NCBI GenBank assembly: GCA_965248195.1
Contig: CBDFIQ010000002.1
Location: forward strand, 1,376,001-1,440,000
Source of the DNA: Longimicrobiales bacterium
GTDB lineage: Bacteria > Gemmatimonadota > Gemmatimonadetes > Longimicrobiales > Gaopeijiaceae
Direction: 5' to 3'
DNA length: 64,000 nucleotides
How positions within the stretch are numbered: position 1 is the stretch's first letter; each line of letters opens with the position of its first letter. Shown one piece after another: positions 28,535 to 39,133 of the stretch. The position numbers and the translations under genes are program-made. The notes under the pieces were generated by a model. That model was not told where the DNA came from. It did no database searches and saw only the letters and a program-made list of their open reading frames with translations.

Positions 28535-29644
28535 ATGCGTTTGACTGGCGCTGATATCGTTGCTGGCCTGCTACTCCTGGTGGGGACGCTCGCGGCGAAG
28601 CCTGTCGCCGGCCAGGGCATCACCGTCGAGGAGTACGAGCCGCGTAATACGCTCGTCGTTTCCGAGCACGTCGTAACGAGCGCCCGCTTTCCTTTCGTGG
28701 ACATTCACGGACACCAGAACGGTTCCCGCATGTCGTCCGACGACGTCGACCGGCTGATCGGCGAGATGGACGAGCTCAACATGGCGGTCATGGTGAACCT
28801 CTCGGGTGGAACTGGGGCGAACCTCGTCACGGGGCTCGAAAACATGACCCGCGACCACCCCGGACGCTTCGTCTTCTTTGCCAACGTCAACTTTCGAGGT
28901 GTGGGCGAGCCCGGCTGGGGTGAGCGGGCTGCGGCCCGGCTGGAAGCGGATGTCGCGGCCGGGGCTGCCGGTCTGAAGATCTTCAAGAGCTTGGGTTTGA
29001 GCGCGCTCGACACCGATGGAAATCGGATCCCCGTGGACGATCCGCGGCTCGACCCCGTGTGGGCGAAAGCCGGTGAACTGGGGATCCCCGTGTTGATCCA
29101 CTCAGCCGACCCCGCGGAATTTTGGCAGCCCTACGACCGCTTCAATGAGCGCTGGCTCGAGTTGACGCTTCGACCACGGCGGTTGCAGCCTCCGGGTAGG
29201 AGCGCCCCCTTCGAGCAAATCATCGGGGAGCAGCACAACCTCTTCCGGAGGCATCGCAACACGAAGTTCATCTCGGCTCATCTCGGATGGCTGGGCCACG
29301 ACCTGACTCGGCTCGGGAGCCTTCTGGACGAGTTGCCCAACATGTACGTGGGCCTTGGCGCGGTCGTCTACGAGCTGGGAAGACAACCCCGGTCCGCGAA
29401 GCAGTGGCTCACCGAATACCAGGACCGAGTCTTGATGGGCAAGGACTCTTACGACCAGGAGGAATTCCACACGTACTTCCGTGTCTTCGAAACTGCAGAC
29501 GACTACTTCGATTACTACCGGAGGTACCACGCATTCTGGCAGATGTATGGATTGGACCTCCCGGACGAGGTGCTCCGCAAGATCTATTACGAGAATGCCC
29601 TCGACCTGGTGCCCAGCATCGATCGGTCGCTCTTCCCCAATTGA
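28535..29644 (+). CDS. Secreted amidohydrolase-family protein
   Basis: Signal peptide, VDIHGH, PVLIH, AHLG, LPDEVLRKIYYENA. Confidence 0.85.
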   Translation: MRLTGADIVAGLLLLVGTLAAKPVAGQGITVEEYEPRNTLVVSEHVVTSARFPFVDIHGHQNGSRMSSDDVDRLIGEMDELNMAVMVNLSGGTGANLVTGLENMTRDHPGRFVFFANVNFRGVGEPGWGERAAARLEADVAAGAAGLKIFKSLGLSALDTDGNRIPVDDPRLDPVWAKAGELGIPVLIHSADPAEFWQPYDRFNERWLELTLRPRRLQPPGRSAPFEQIIGEQHNLFRRHRNTKFISAHLGWLGHDLTRLGSLLDELPNMYVGLGAVVYELGRQPRSAKQWLTEYQDRVLMGKDSYDQEEFHTYFRVFETADDYFDYYRRYHAFWQMYGLDLPDEVLRKIYYENALDLVPSIDRSLFPN

Positions 29645-29672
29645 GGCAGGTATCCATGGCACAGGAGCGGAT

Positions 29673-29909
29673 GTGAGCCGTGATCGGATCATGACCACGG
29701 TCGTGGCGCGTTTCCACTATCGCCACGAAGGGGAGATGGCTCACGGGTACCTGGAGAGCGCGGGCGTGGATTCGGCCTTGCTGATCGACGATGCGGGAGG
29801 TATGGACGTAGGCTTGGCGTTCGTGAACCCTGCGCGGCTCGTCGTTCGGGACGACGACGAGGAGCGCGCCCGGAGCGTGCTGGTGGACGCGGGGATGCTG
29901 GACCCATGA
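29673..29909 (+). CDS. DUF2007-like small protein (putative signal-transducing)
   Basis: AGGAG RBS, EGEMAHGYLESAGV, RLVVRDDDEERARSVL pattern; ATGA coupling to the next gene. Confidence 0.7.
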   Translation: MSRDRIMTTVVARFHYRHEGEMAHGYLESAGVDSALLIDDAGGMDVGLAFVNPARLVVRDDDEERARSVLVDAGMLDP

Positions 29910-31540
29910 CAGCCGCCGAGCTCTTCGTCCGATGCCTCGAAAACGAGGATGTAGACTACGTCTTCGGCATCCCGGGCGAGGAAAACATCGATGTGATGGA
30001 CGTCCTGCTCGACAGCACGATCCGTTTCATCACCACGCGCCACGAGCAGGGCGCGGCCTTCATGGCTGACGTGTACGGGCGGTTGACGGGTAGGGCGGGC
30101 GTTTGCCTGTCGACGCTCGGTCCCGGCGCCACGAATCTGGTGACGGGGGTGGCGGACGCGAATATGGACCGGGCACCCGTCGTGGCCATCGCGGGCCAGG
30201 CGGCCACCACCCGGATGCACAAGGAGAGCCACCAGCACCTCGATCTGGTCAGCCTCTTCGCTCCGATTTCCAAGTACAGCACGCAGATCCGGGAACCGGA
30301 AATCATCCCGGAGGTAGTTCGCAAGGCCTTCAAGCAGGCGCTGACAGAAAAGCCCGGCGTCAGCTTCATCGACTTTCCCGAAAACATCGCCGGCGCCGAT
30401 GTCGAGGGGAAGGAGCCGCTCCGAGTGCAGGCCGCCGCGACCCCGGAGCCCCCCCGAGCCAAGGTCGAGCAGGCCGCCGAGATCATCTCGAGCGCCAGGC
30501 ACCCGATCATCATGGCGGGGAACGGGATCATCCGCTCCCGTGCTACCGAGCAACTGCAGGCGTTCGCCGAGAATCTTCAGATTCCGGTGGCGACCACCTT
30601 CATGGCCAAGGGCGCGATACCCTTCTCGCACCCCTTGAGCCTCGGCACAGTGGGCCTCCAAGCGCACGACTATGTCGACTGCGGATTCGACCGGGCCGAT
30701 GTGATCATTTGTGTAGGCTACGACATGATCGAGTACCATCCTTACCTGTGGCACCCCGAAAAGCACGCCCAGCTCCTACACATCGATGAGACACCCGCCG
30801 AAGTGGATGAGCACTACATTCTGGCGGCCGGCGTCATTGGCGACGTCGGTGAGTCGCTACAGCGGATCGCTGAACTGGCGCGGCCTCAGCACGAGCCGAA
30901 CCTCGGAACGCTTCGGGATTTCGTTCTCCGAGAGCACTCCGAGCACGCGGAGAACCCGGCGTTTCCCATGGTGCCCCAGCGTATTCTCTGGGACCTTCGC
31001 CAGGTGCTCGAGCCGGAGGACATTGTCATAAGCGACGTGGGTGCTCACAAAATGTGGACCGCCCGGCTTTATGAGGCCGAGCGCCCCAACACCTGCATCA
31101 TTTCGAACGGCTTCGCCAGCATGGGGATCGGCGTGCCGGGTGCTATCGCGGCGAAGCTGGCTCGTCCGGAGTGTACGGCCGTAACCGTAACCGGCGATGC
31201 AGGATTCCTGATGAACTGTCAGGAGATCGAGACCGCGCTGCGTATCGGGACCCCGATCATCATTCTCATCTGGACCGACAACGAGTATGGCCTGATTCAT
31301 TGGCATCAGCTGCGTCACTTCGGACGACCCAGCCACATCGGGTTCAACAATCCCGACTTCGTGAAGTTTGCGGAGAGCTTCGGGGCCAAAGGTTATAGGG
31401 TGGAAGCCGCCGACGAGTTGGTGCCCACCCTGAAGAAGGCGATCGCCGACGACACGGTCGTGATCATCGACTGTCCGGTCGACTACTCGGAAAACATGAA
31501 ACTTACGGAGAAGCTGGGGAGCCTGGTTTGTCCTATATGA
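29906..31540 (+). CDS. Acetolactate synthase large subunit-like TPP enzyme
   Basis: FGIPGEEN, RHEQGAAFMA, TLGPGATN, GDAGF.MN TPP motif. Confidence 0.93.
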   Translation: MTAAELFVRCLENEDVDYVFGIPGEENIDVMDVLLDSTIRFITTRHEQGAAFMADVYGRLTGRAGVCLSTLGPGATNLVTGVADANMDRAPVVAIAGQAATTRMHKESHQHLDLVSLFAPISKYSTQIREPEIIPEVVRKAFKQALTEKPGVSFIDFPENIAGADVEGKEPLRVQAAATPEPPRAKVEQAAEIISSARHPIIMAGNGIIRSRATEQLQAFAENLQIPVATTFMAKGAIPFSHPLSLGTVGLQAHDYVDCGFDRADVIICVGYDMIEYHPYLWHPEKHAQLLHIDETPAEVDEHYILAAGVIGDVGESLQRIAELARPQHEPNLGTLRDFVLREHSEHAENPAFPMVPQRILWDLRQVLEPEDIVISDVGAHKMWTARLYEAERPNTCIISNGFASMGIGVPGAIAAKLARPECTAVTVTGDAGFLMNCQEIETALRIGTPIIILIWTDNEYGLIHWHQLRHFGRPSHIGFNNPDFVKFAESFGAKGYRVEAADELVPTLKKAIADDTVVIIDCPVDYSENMKLTEKLGSLVCPI

Positions 31541-31543
31541 CCG

Positions 31544-32551
31544 CTAACGATCATTTCCGTCGGTGGCAGGGAGTCCCGCCGAGCGCGCCGCCTCGGAGAA
31601 GCGGCGGATGATGGAGGCGACGGGCTCCACGGTCCGAATTCCCGACACGCTCTTGCCGGCCTGCCAGTAGTCTCCTCGCACGCTGGTCGCGTGAAGAGAC
31701 CGGCGAAGTTGCCAAAACGACTTCAGCGCGTAAATCGTGCGCATCCAGTGTTTGGTGCGCCGCCCCCGCAGCATCCAGCGGGCCAGGGGCCCGGCCCGCA
31801 GGCCCAGTCTCCGGATTGAGGGAGTGTTGATCACCGCTACCGGCACGCCTGTGAGACGCTCGCTGTGCACGATGTCCTCTTCTTCAGCGTCCACGATGGT
31901 CTGCTTGTATTGGGCACTGGCGGTGCATTCGTCCGTCGCGATGAAGCGTGTACCCATCTGCACGCCGGCGTATCCCATTCTCAGGGCCGCCACGAAGTCC
32001 TCCTCCCTCCCGACGCCACCCGCGCACACGACGGGTAGCCCGAGGTCGCCGACGTCGTCCAGGAGAGCCCGGACATCGAGAGGGCCTGGATGTCCACCGG
32101 CCCGGCTGTTTACGGCGATGAGACCATGGACTCCACAGTCGACCCCTTTTTGCGCCCACTTACGCTCGGTCACGTCATGATATACGCGACCGCCCAGCGG
32201 CTCGACCCGTTGAACCACCCAGTCCGGCTTGCCCAGTGAGGTCACGAAGAAGCGCACACCCTCCTCGAGCGCAGTGTCGATCCACTCCTCCATGCGGCGC
32301 CGGTACAGCTTCGAGGACTGCTCGATGAGTGCGTTCATCCCGATCGGGCGGTCGGTGAGCGAACGGATCTTGCGGATGCCTGACCGGAAAGTGTACCCGT
32401 GCACGAATGTGAGAGAGATCGGCTGGAGGACTCCAAGCCCGCCCGCTTGTGAGGCGGCCGCGACGAGCTCCGGGTTGGAACAGGGGTACATGGCGCCACA
32501 GACGATGGGAATGCCGATTCCCGCGTCTACGGTCAGGGGTGTTTCCGTCAC
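31544..32551 (-). CDS. Nitronate monooxygenase / FabK-like flavoprotein
   Basis: [42 protein letters not shown] overlaps the upstream stop. Confidence 0.85.
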   Translation of the reverse strand: MTETPLTVDAGIGIPIVCGAMYPCSNPELVAAASQAGGLGVLQPISLTFVHGYTFRSGIRKIRSLTDRPIGMNALIEQSSKLYRRRMEEWIDTALEEGVRFFVTSLGKPDWVVQRVEPLGGRVYHDVTERKWAQKGVDCGVHGLIAVNSRAGGHPGPLDVRALLDDVGDLGLPVVCAGGVGREEDFVAALRMGYAGVQMGTRFIATDECTASAQYKQTIVDAEEEDIVHSERLTGVPVAVINTPSIRRLGLRAGPLARWMLRGRRTKHWMRTIYALKSFWQLRRSLHATSVRGDYWQAGKSVSGIRTVEPVASIIRRFSEAARSAGLPATDGNDR

Positions 32552-33030
32552 GGTTTGGGTCCCAGCCGCCACAATACCACCACGCGGGCGACGACCTCTC
32601 CAGTTTGATCCCGGATTTCGGACGTGACCGTGTAGTCGGTAGGCTCCAATACGGCGGGGGGATCACAGGTGCATTCGGCGATGAGCCGGCCGCGGGCCTT
32701 CTTCACGAACTCCGTTGAAATTTTGGTCACGATGCCGCGGACGGTGGGCGGTTGGGCCAAGAGCATCGCGAGACCGCTCGTCAACTCGCCGAGATTGACG
32801 AGCGCTACGGCGTGCACGGACCGAAGATGGTTGCGAAGCCGGCGGCGATCTCGAAGGGACAGGCGGGCGTACCCAGGCTCCAGCGCTTCGACACGCACGC
32901 CGATGGTGCTGCTGTACGGGACCCTGAAACCCAGGACCTTGCTGAACGCCCACTTTCCGCCCGGGATGCCGGAAAGCCGCTTCCACCACCGCCCGAGAGA
33001 TGTCCCTGGTGATTCGGCAGATCCATCCAT
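32548..33030 (-). CDS. Hotdog-fold (PaaI/DUF4442) protein
   Basis: [32 protein letters not shown]. Confidence 0.8.
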   Translation of the reverse strand: MDGSAESPGTSLGRWWKRLSGIPGGKWAFSKVLGFRVPYSSTIGVRVEALEPGYARLSLRDRRRLRNHLRSVHAVALVNLGELTSGLAMLLAQPPTVRGIVTKISTEFVKKARGRLIAECTCDPPAVLEPTDYTVTSEIRDQTGEVVARVVVLWRLGPKP

Positions 33031-33242
33031 GTTGTGATGTGCTCCCCCGAGCTACGGGGCTTCAGGCCCCGGAGCGGTGTTCGATGGGCCGGTACCCAGC
33101 GACGGCTCGATGCCGCACGGCCAAGATACCGGGTCGGCACGACTCCCGTCACTCTGCGGTCGTCACGCACAGATCCAATGGTGGACGGTCGGGTATCCTT
33201 GGAGGAGCCCGGTGGCGCGAACTCACGACTCGGCGGCACCGC

Positions 33243-33294
33243 CGAACGCATGTTTCGGACGCACGATGTGGACGCACCCTGCGGACGCACCCTG
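33243..33294. repeat. 13-bp imperfect tandem repeat x4
   Basis: CGAACGCATGTTT / CGGACGCACGATG / TGGACGCACCCTG / CGGACGCACCCTG. Confidence 0.7.
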
Positions 33295-33336
33295 CGGGAG
33301 TGGCCCAGCACTCAGATCTGGAGAGCGGAGGAGCCG

Positions 33337-33636
33337 ATGCTGGAAGGGATTCTAGGTTCGCTCGTTTGGGTCGTGGCCAACTTCGCCTACGGCTCCTATC
33401 TCCGCGACGGCGAGCGGGGCTTTAAGCGCCTTGCCGCTTTCGTGCTCGGATTCCCTCTGACACTCTGTGCGGGCTTTTTCATTCCGCGAAGGAGGAGCAT
33501 CATGAAATCCAGACGAGATGAGTTTGAAGAGGACCGGGAGCTCCTCATGGAAATTCGGCGCGATCGGGCTCGTAGACTCTCTGGGGGTCAGGGCGCGGAC
33601 GAGGGAGCGGACGTGGCCAGGGACGAGGAGGCCTGA
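33337..33636 (+). CDS. Small hypothetical membrane protein
   Basis: GGAGGAG RBS, two hydrophobic helices and a charged tail. Confidence 0.6.
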   Translation: MLEGILGSLVWVVANFAYGSYLRDGERGFKRLAAFVLGFPLTLCAGFFIPRRRSIMKSRRDEFEEDRELLMEIRRDRARRLSGGQGADEGADVARDEEA

Positions 33637-33737
33637 CCCGTCTCGCAGGACAGGCGGGGAAAATGTATTATTCTACCATCCCGCGCCGGACCCCTCCGGG
33701 GCCCGGCGCGGTTCTTATTTGTGTACTCCAATGATCA

Positions 33738-35105
33738 TTGGCGCTGATGCACGTTGTCCGTCAGATGGTTCCGTCGAGGGACCACATCACCTCGCTGCTC
33801 CGCTTGGCGTTGCCCGTGGCCACCGTCCAAGTGGGTTTCATCTTCATGGGGGCGGTGGATACGGTCATGGTGGGGCACGTGTCACCGAGGGATCTTGCCG
33901 CGGTAGCGCTCGGGAACCTCTACTTTTTCATGACGACGAGCTTCGGGTTGGGCACGTTGTTCGCATTGGATCCCCTCGTTTCTCAGGCCTTTGGCGCCGG
34001 CGACCGTGCTGGGATCGCGCGCGCGTTTCAACGAGGCTTCGTGATCGCGGTCGGCTTGGCGGTCTTCAGTTCGCTCCTTCTGACGCCGGGACGTCCGTTG
34101 CTGACGTTCCTCCGCCAACCGGCGGACGTGATTCCGGTGGCGGCCGACTACGCGTTGGTATCCATACCAGGCGTGCTGCCCTTCTTCTGTTTCGTCGTTT
34201 TGCGCCAAGGTCTCCAATCGATGGGTCGGGTGGGGCCGATCGTTGTTGTGATCCTTCTGGCGAACGCCGCCAACGTCTTCTTCAACTGGGTGCTCATCTT
34301 CGGGAACTTGGGCGCTCCCGCGATGGGAGCGGTTGGATCCGGCTGGGCGACGACGCTCAGCCGATGGTTCATGCTCCTTACCTTGGTGGCGATCGCTTGG
34401 CCGCTTCTTCGACCCTATGTGCGGCCGCTCCGGGGCGATGCGCTGGACATCGAGCCCCTCCTACGGATGGGCCGGCTCGGGATTCCCATCGGGATTCAGT
34501 TCTTTCTCGAGTTCGGAGTCTTCGGTGTCATCGGGATTCTGATGGGGTTCCTCGGGACCATACCTATGGCGAGCCATCAGGTGGCGATCAACTTGGCGAG
34601 CGTAACCTTCATGATGGCGGTTGGTGTGACCCAAGCGACCACGGTCCTCGTGGGGCAGGCGGTGGGTGCCGGAGACCCTGCGCGGGCGAGGCGTTCGGCC
34701 GGGGCGGGGTTGCTGATCGCCGTTACGCTGATGGCGTTGAACGGAGCCATCTTCCTGTCGATTCCGGGGCTCTTGGCGCGCCTCTACACGCCGGACGTGG
34801 AAGTGTGGGGGCTCGCCGCTACGCTCATCCCGGTCGCTGGAATTTTCCAAATCTTCGACGGACTCCAAGCCGTCGGGTCGGGCGTTCTCAGGGGAGTCGG
34901 CGATACCCTTGCTCCGATGATCGTCAACCTGGTCGGCTTCTGGCTGATCGGGCTGCCCATCAGCCTTTACCTGGCCTTTCCAGGAGGGCTTGGGCCGCTG
35001 GGGCTGTGGTGGGGGATGGCGGCGGGGCTGGCAGCGGTGGCGCTTTTTCTCCTCATCCGGGTGCGCATCCGCTTCGGAAGAGATCTGACGCGCATCGCGC
35101 TCTAG
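33738..35105 (+). CDS. MATE-family efflux transporter
   Basis: LALPV...VDTVMVG, 12-TM pattern, FQIFDGLQAV..GVLRG.GDT. Start approximate. Confidence 0.92.
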   Translation: MALMHVVRQMVPSRDHITSLLRLALPVATVQVGFIFMGAVDTVMVGHVSPRDLAAVALGNLYFFMTTSFGLGTLFALDPLVSQAFGAGDRAGIARAFQRGFVIAVGLAVFSSLLLTPGRPLLTFLRQPADVIPVAADYALVSIPGVLPFFCFVVLRQGLQSMGRVGPIVVVILLANAANVFFNWVLIFGNLGAPAMGAVGSGWATTLSRWFMLLTLVAIAWPLLRPYVRPLRGDALDIEPLLRMGRLGIPIGIQFFLEFGVFGVIGILMGFLGTIPMASHQVAINLASVTFMMAVGVTQATTVLVGQAVGAGDPARARRSAGAGLLIAVTLMALNGAIFLSIPGLLARLYTPDVEVWGLAATLIPVAGIFQIFDGLQAVGSGVLRGVGDTLAPMIVNLVGFWLIGLPISLYLAFPGGLGPLGLWWGMAAGLAAVALFLLIRVRIRFGRDLTRIAL

Positions 35106-35135
35106 GAGTTCGGGCCGCGGAGCGGTCCGGTTCCG

Positions 35136-37685
35136 TCAGGAGTTTTCGTCCGAGTCGGTCGGGTCGGGGGCGATCGAAGTGATCGAAACCGGTGGTTCCT
35201 CGTCCTCGGCGAGCGAGCCCAGGAGGAGCGAAGCGATCGAAGCCGGTGGCTCCTCGATTTCAGGGAGCGGGTCCGGGGTGATGGAAGCCGATGGCTCCTG
35301 GATCTCCGGGAGCGGGTCTGGAGCGATGGAAGCCGGTGGCTCCTCGATTTCCGGGAGCGGGTCCAGGGCGATGGCAGCCGGTGGCTCCTCGATTTCCGGG
35401 AGCGTGTCCGGAGCGATGGAAGCGGATGGCTCCTCGATTTCCAGGAGCGGGTCCGGAGCGATGGAAGCGGATGGCTCCTCGATCTCCGGGAGCGGGTCCA
35501 GGGCGATCGAAGCCGATGGCTCCTCGATCTCCGGGAGCGGGTACGGGGCGATCGAAGCGGATGGCTCCTCGATTCCCGGGAGCGGGTCCGGGGCGATGGA
35601 AGCGATCCAATCCGCGGTGTGCTCCGCCGCCTCGAAGGGGTCCCTGGCGATCGGCTTCTTCTTGACTAGGGCAGATGACACCGACGATCCCCGCCATCCG
35701 CCCAGCACATTGATCAGCTCCTCGGTGTTTCTCGTGCGGAAGAAATAGGCTCTTCCCTTGGTTGGCCGTATGTAGATTCCCGGACCGACCAGGCCAAACG
35801 CGAGCGGCACGCACTGGAACACGTCCTTCCTGAACCAAACCTGCCGAACTCGGCGCGTGGTAAGCTCTAACAAGTCGTCGGGCTTTATGATGCGAGACCG
35901 ATAGGCTAGGAACTTGATGCGGAGGTGGTCCGGAAACACGATAATCTTACGAGGAAACAGTGAGAGATAGAGGATGAAGAGCACGACGGCAGCGATGAGC
36001 ATGGCTCCATAAAACACGAGTTGGGCACCGTAATGGTCGATGGTCACGACGTAGGCGAGCGCCAAGGACTGGGCGGCGAACACGATCAGCCGACCAACGA
36101 TCAATCCGACACCGCCGAAGCCGACCACCGCGGCGATCAGAAGCGGAACGGGCATACGGAACCGCGCCACATAAAGGATTCCAGGCATCGTCAACGGCCG
36201 CGTGAGTGCCCAGGCGACCGCCCGAAGCGTGAGGAACACAAGCAGGAGGGCTGCCGCGGCGAAAATCAATTGGCTCATTGGCTGCACCCGAACGAGTGTG
36301 GTGACTTCTCGTTCGGGTACGAAAGTGCGGGCGGCGAACGTCGCCACCTCATCCTGGGTCACACCCGCGAAAAAGGAGAGCAGATCCGGGAAGTCCGTGT
36401 GCTTGGAGGGGTCGTAGAAGTTGCGGAGTACCCAGAAATTCAGGGCTTGCGCCGTCGAGTTTTCCCCCCGGAGCCGTTCGACGAGAGCCGTTCGGTCCGC
36501 CTCGAATTCCTCGGGTGGCAGCGTCCCCTGCCCGAGTGCTGCGATTTCCTCCCGGATGATCGCGTGGGCGAAGTCGTATTCGTTCTCCGCGATGGAGCCC
36601 TGAATCTGCAGGAACCCCCCGGGGCCCCTCTGCGTCGTGCTGACCTGCAATCCGTATACTGCTTTCTGTTCTCCGTATCGAAGGCGTTGATTCAAACGGC
36701 GCGTCAACAGATCCCGAATGAACAGGACCATCAAATCATCCTCGGCATCGCTGTCGAAGAGCTTGTGCCGCGCCGTGTACCGCACGTTGGGGCCAAAGCC
36801 CCAGTAGGAGGCGGCCCGCCCTCGGTCGGGGTCTTCCACGGCCATGGCCCTGGCGGGCACGGGTCTCTTGTCCAGGGACCCCAACGTGCGCTCTGCGATC
36901 TCCAGGATCTCGCTTCGGTCCAGGTCTCCGATTACCGTGAGCGTCATTGCCTCCGGCACGTAGTAGCGGTCGTAAAAATCGGCGACGTCCTCCGGGGTGA
37001 TGCGTTGGAGGCTGGCCCAGCGGTCGTACTGGCGGGCATCTCGGGTTCTCATGCGGAACTCGCGTCGCCAAAAATCACGGGGTAGAAGCCAGGAAGGGTT
37101 GAGCAGCGCCCAGACGCTCTCGAGGAACTGACGCGGCTGTGCGTTGATCTCCACTGCCACCGGAAGGCGGTTCCTCTCCACTACGTCGGCGTCCATCACA
37201 TGCGGGGACACGACCCGAGACAGCCATTCCAGGGCGAACTCCCCGTGCTCCTTCGAGATGGTCACGTAATACCACGTATGGTCCGGGGTCGTGAATCCGT
37301 TGTGTCGGCCGCCGAGGCCGTCGATCGCGTCCTTGATTTCCTGCTCGGTCCGTCCATCGTGATCGGAAAACAGGACGTGCTCCGTCAGGTGCGCGAGCTC
37401 CTCCTTGCCGCGAGGATCCGAATCCCATCCGTACGGCACACCGACGCTGATAGCGACGTTAGGGGCCTCCGGGAGTCGCTTGAACCAAACTCTCAGTCCG
37501 TTCGACAGGTAGTAGGTTTCGAATCCGGAGAAGGGGTTCGCCTTCATCTCGCTCGCTGAAGGGGCCGCCGAAGGCAGGGTCTGTGACCAGACGCCCCGCG
37601 GCACAACCGACCCGATTAGGACCAGCCCGAAGAGGGCCGGAAACTGGAGAATGCCGGGCCTGATCCCTGGAACGATATGTGACAT
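35136..37685 (-). CDS. M16-family zinc peptidase with C-terminal TM anchor and acidic repeat tail
   Basis: Signal peptide, LSNGL, HLTEH (HxxEH), NGFT...T.YY, ~3 TM helices, 15-aa repeats. ATG 37685 has a GGAGAG RBS. Confidence 0.85.
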   Translation of the reverse strand: MSHIVPGIRPGILQFPALFGLVLIGSVVPRGVWSQTLPSAAPSASEMKANPFSGFETYYLSNGLRVWFKRLPEAPNVAISVGVPYGWDSDPRGKEELAHLTEHVLFSDHDGRTEQEIKDAIDGLGGRHNGFTTPDHTWYYVTISKEHGEFALEWLSRVVSPHVMDADVVERNRLPVAVEINAQPRQFLESVWALLNPSWLLPRDFWRREFRMRTRDARQYDRWASLQRITPEDVADFYDRYYVPEAMTLTVIGDLDRSEILEIAERTLGSLDKRPVPARAMAVEDPDRGRAASYWGFGPNVRYTARHKLFDSDAEDDLMVLFIRDLLTRRLNQRLRYGEQKAVYGLQVSTTQRGPGGFLQIQGSIAENEYDFAHAIIREEIAALGQGTLPPEEFEADRTALVERLRGENSTAQALNFWVLRNFYDPSKHTDFPDLLSFFAGVTQDEVATFAARTFVPEREVTTLVRVQPMSQLIFAAAALLLVFLTLRAVAWALTRPLTMPGILYVARFRMPVPLLIAAVVGFGGVGLIVGRLIVFAAQSLALAYVVTIDHYGAQLVFYGAMLIAAVVLFILYLSLFPRKIIVFPDHLRIKFLAYRSRIIKPDDLLELTTRRVRQVWFRKDVFQCVPLAFGLVGPGIYIRPTKGRAYFFRTRNTEELINVLGGWRGSSVSSALVKKKPIARDPFEAAEHTADWIASIAPDPLPGIEEPSASIAPYPLPEIEEPSASIALDPLPEIEEPSASIAPDPLLEIEEPSASIAPDTLPEIEEPPAAIALDPLPEIEEPPASIAPDPLPEIQEPSASITPDPLPEIEEPPASIASLLLGSLAEDEEPPVSITSIAPDPTDSDENS
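35232..35603. repeat. 45-bp coding tandem repeat x8 (ASIAPDPLPEIEEPS/P)
   Basis: Eight near-identical units plus a partial ninth at the 3' end of the M16 peptidase. Confidence 0.92.
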
Positions 37686-37844
37686 GGTCCTCTCTCCAAC
37701 CGGACGCGGAATCGGCACCGTGGTCCGCCTCACGGTTGCCGGCCGAGCGGCACGGGTTCAACTTTCGCCGCAGCTCGCTCGTGCAAACGGCGCAACGCTC
37801 CTACTACGACACTAATACCACGACCGCGTCCAGCCTACGTTTCC

Positions 37845-38405
37845 ATGTCCTTTCAATTCGAGCCTCTCGCGATCCCAGACGTGATCCGGATCACTCCGGC
37901 TCTGCACGGTGATCACCGGGGCTTCTTCTCGGAGACCTACCGTGCCTCCGCGTTCGAGGGGGCGGGGATCAGGGACGTCTTCCTTCAGGACAATCATGCC
38001 CGCTCAACCCGCGGAGTGCTGCGCGGGCTACACTACCAGGCGCCCCCGCGTCCGCAGGCGAAACTAGTCCGAGTCGTCCAGGGAGACGTATTCGACGTCG
38101 CGGTGGACCTCCGTGTGGGCTCTCCCACGTTTGGCCAGTGGGCTGGTGGGGCTCTCTCTGGGGAGGATGGGGTGATCCTTTACATTCCCGAGGGCTTCGC
38201 CCACGGATACGTATGCCTCAGTGAGCGTGCCGACTTGGTTTATAAGGTCTCGAACGAGTTCGACGCTGGGCTCGATCGGGGGATCTTTTGGGATGATCCG
38301 GTGATCGGGATTCCGTGGCCCGTGGAGAATCCTACTCTGTCCGAAAGGGACCTCTCGCTGCCCAGCCTCGATTCGGTGATCAGCCCGTTCCAATTCCGGC
38401 AGTGA
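37845..38405 (+). CDS. rfbC: dTDP-4-dehydrorhamnose 3,5-epimerase
   Basis: D.RGFFSE, GVLRGLHYQ, QAKLVR, FDVAVDLR.GSPTFG, PEGFAHG. Confidence 0.95.
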   Translation: MSFQFEPLAIPDVIRITPALHGDHRGFFSETYRASAFEGAGIRDVFLQDNHARSTRGVLRGLHYQAPPRPQAKLVRVVQGDVFDVAVDLRVGSPTFGQWAGGALSGEDGVILYIPEGFAHGYVCLSERADLVYKVSNEFDAGLDRGIFWDDPVIGIPWPVENPTLSERDLSLPSLDSVISPFQFRQ

Positions 38406-39133
38406 GGGAGCGACATATTCGGGTCGCCCGAACGGCGCGTTACTACACCCTCGGGCCGGCCGGCACGAGTCTCCGAGAAGTATGGCTCGTATGTCATGGA
38501 TACCGGCAGCTGGCGCGGCGTTTTCTAACTCGATTCGCCGACCTGGACGATGGAACGCGACTGATCGTGGCGCCCGAGGGCCTCTCCCGCTTTTACCTCC
38601 ACGACCCTGCGTCCGGCCACGGTAAGGAAGTCCCGATCGGCGCCACGTGGATGACGAGAGAAGACCGCGAGAACGAGATCACGGACTATGTGGGGTTTCT
38701 CGATGGAGTTCTGGACGAGGTTCTGGACGAGGTCCTGGACGAGGTTCTAGACGAGGTTCTAGACGAGGTTCCGGACGAGGTATCCGCGGAGTCGGGTGGA
38801 GCGATCGCGCGCCTCACGGTGTTGGGGTTTTCACAGGGTGCCCACACCGTGTGTCGGTGGGTGGCGGCGGGAGAGGCCGCCATCGAACGGATCATCCTTT
38901 GGGGAGCGTATCTTCCCGACGACTTGGATCTGGACCGCGGGCCCGAGCGGTTGGGATCGGCCGAACTCATCCTGGTACGGGGGCTTCTCGATTCCTTCAT
39001 CTCTGACGAGGCCCACGCCTCTCAAGAGAAAAGACTGGAAGATCTAGGAATCCCTTTCGAGACGATTACACATCCCGGAGGCCACGAAATCGATACGGTC
39101 CTGCTTCGGCAGATCGCGGGCGTGACGGATTAG
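38402..39133 (+). CDS. Phospholipase/carboxylesterase (alpha/beta hydrolase)
   Basis: HGY.Q, APEGLSRFY, GFSQG nucleophile elbow, GGH; GTGA coupling. Confidence 0.85.
   Translation: MRERHIRVARTARYYTLGPAGTSLREVWLVCHGYRQLARRFLTRFADLDDGTRLIVAPEGLSRFYLHDPASGHGKEVPIGATWMTREDRENEITDYVGFLDGVLDEVLDEVLDEVLDEVLDEVPDEVSAESGGAIARLTVLGFSQGAHTVCRWVAAGEAAIERIILWGAYLPDDLDLDRGPERLGSAELILVRGLLDSFISDEAHASQEKRLEDLGIPFETITHPGGHEIDTVLLRQIAGVTD
38711..38782. repeat. 12-bp coding tandem repeat x6 (LDEV)
   Basis: CTGGACGAGGTT-type units, in frame. Confidence 0.92.

Noticed and set aside
33518..35182. 554-aa alternative-frame ORF over the MATE gene, and similar long shadows (1955-2860, 9388-10596, 16980-18329, 51402-52640, 56674-57876)
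   Set aside because: Expected in high-GC DNA; each overlaps a clearly homologous gene and has no protein motifs of its own.
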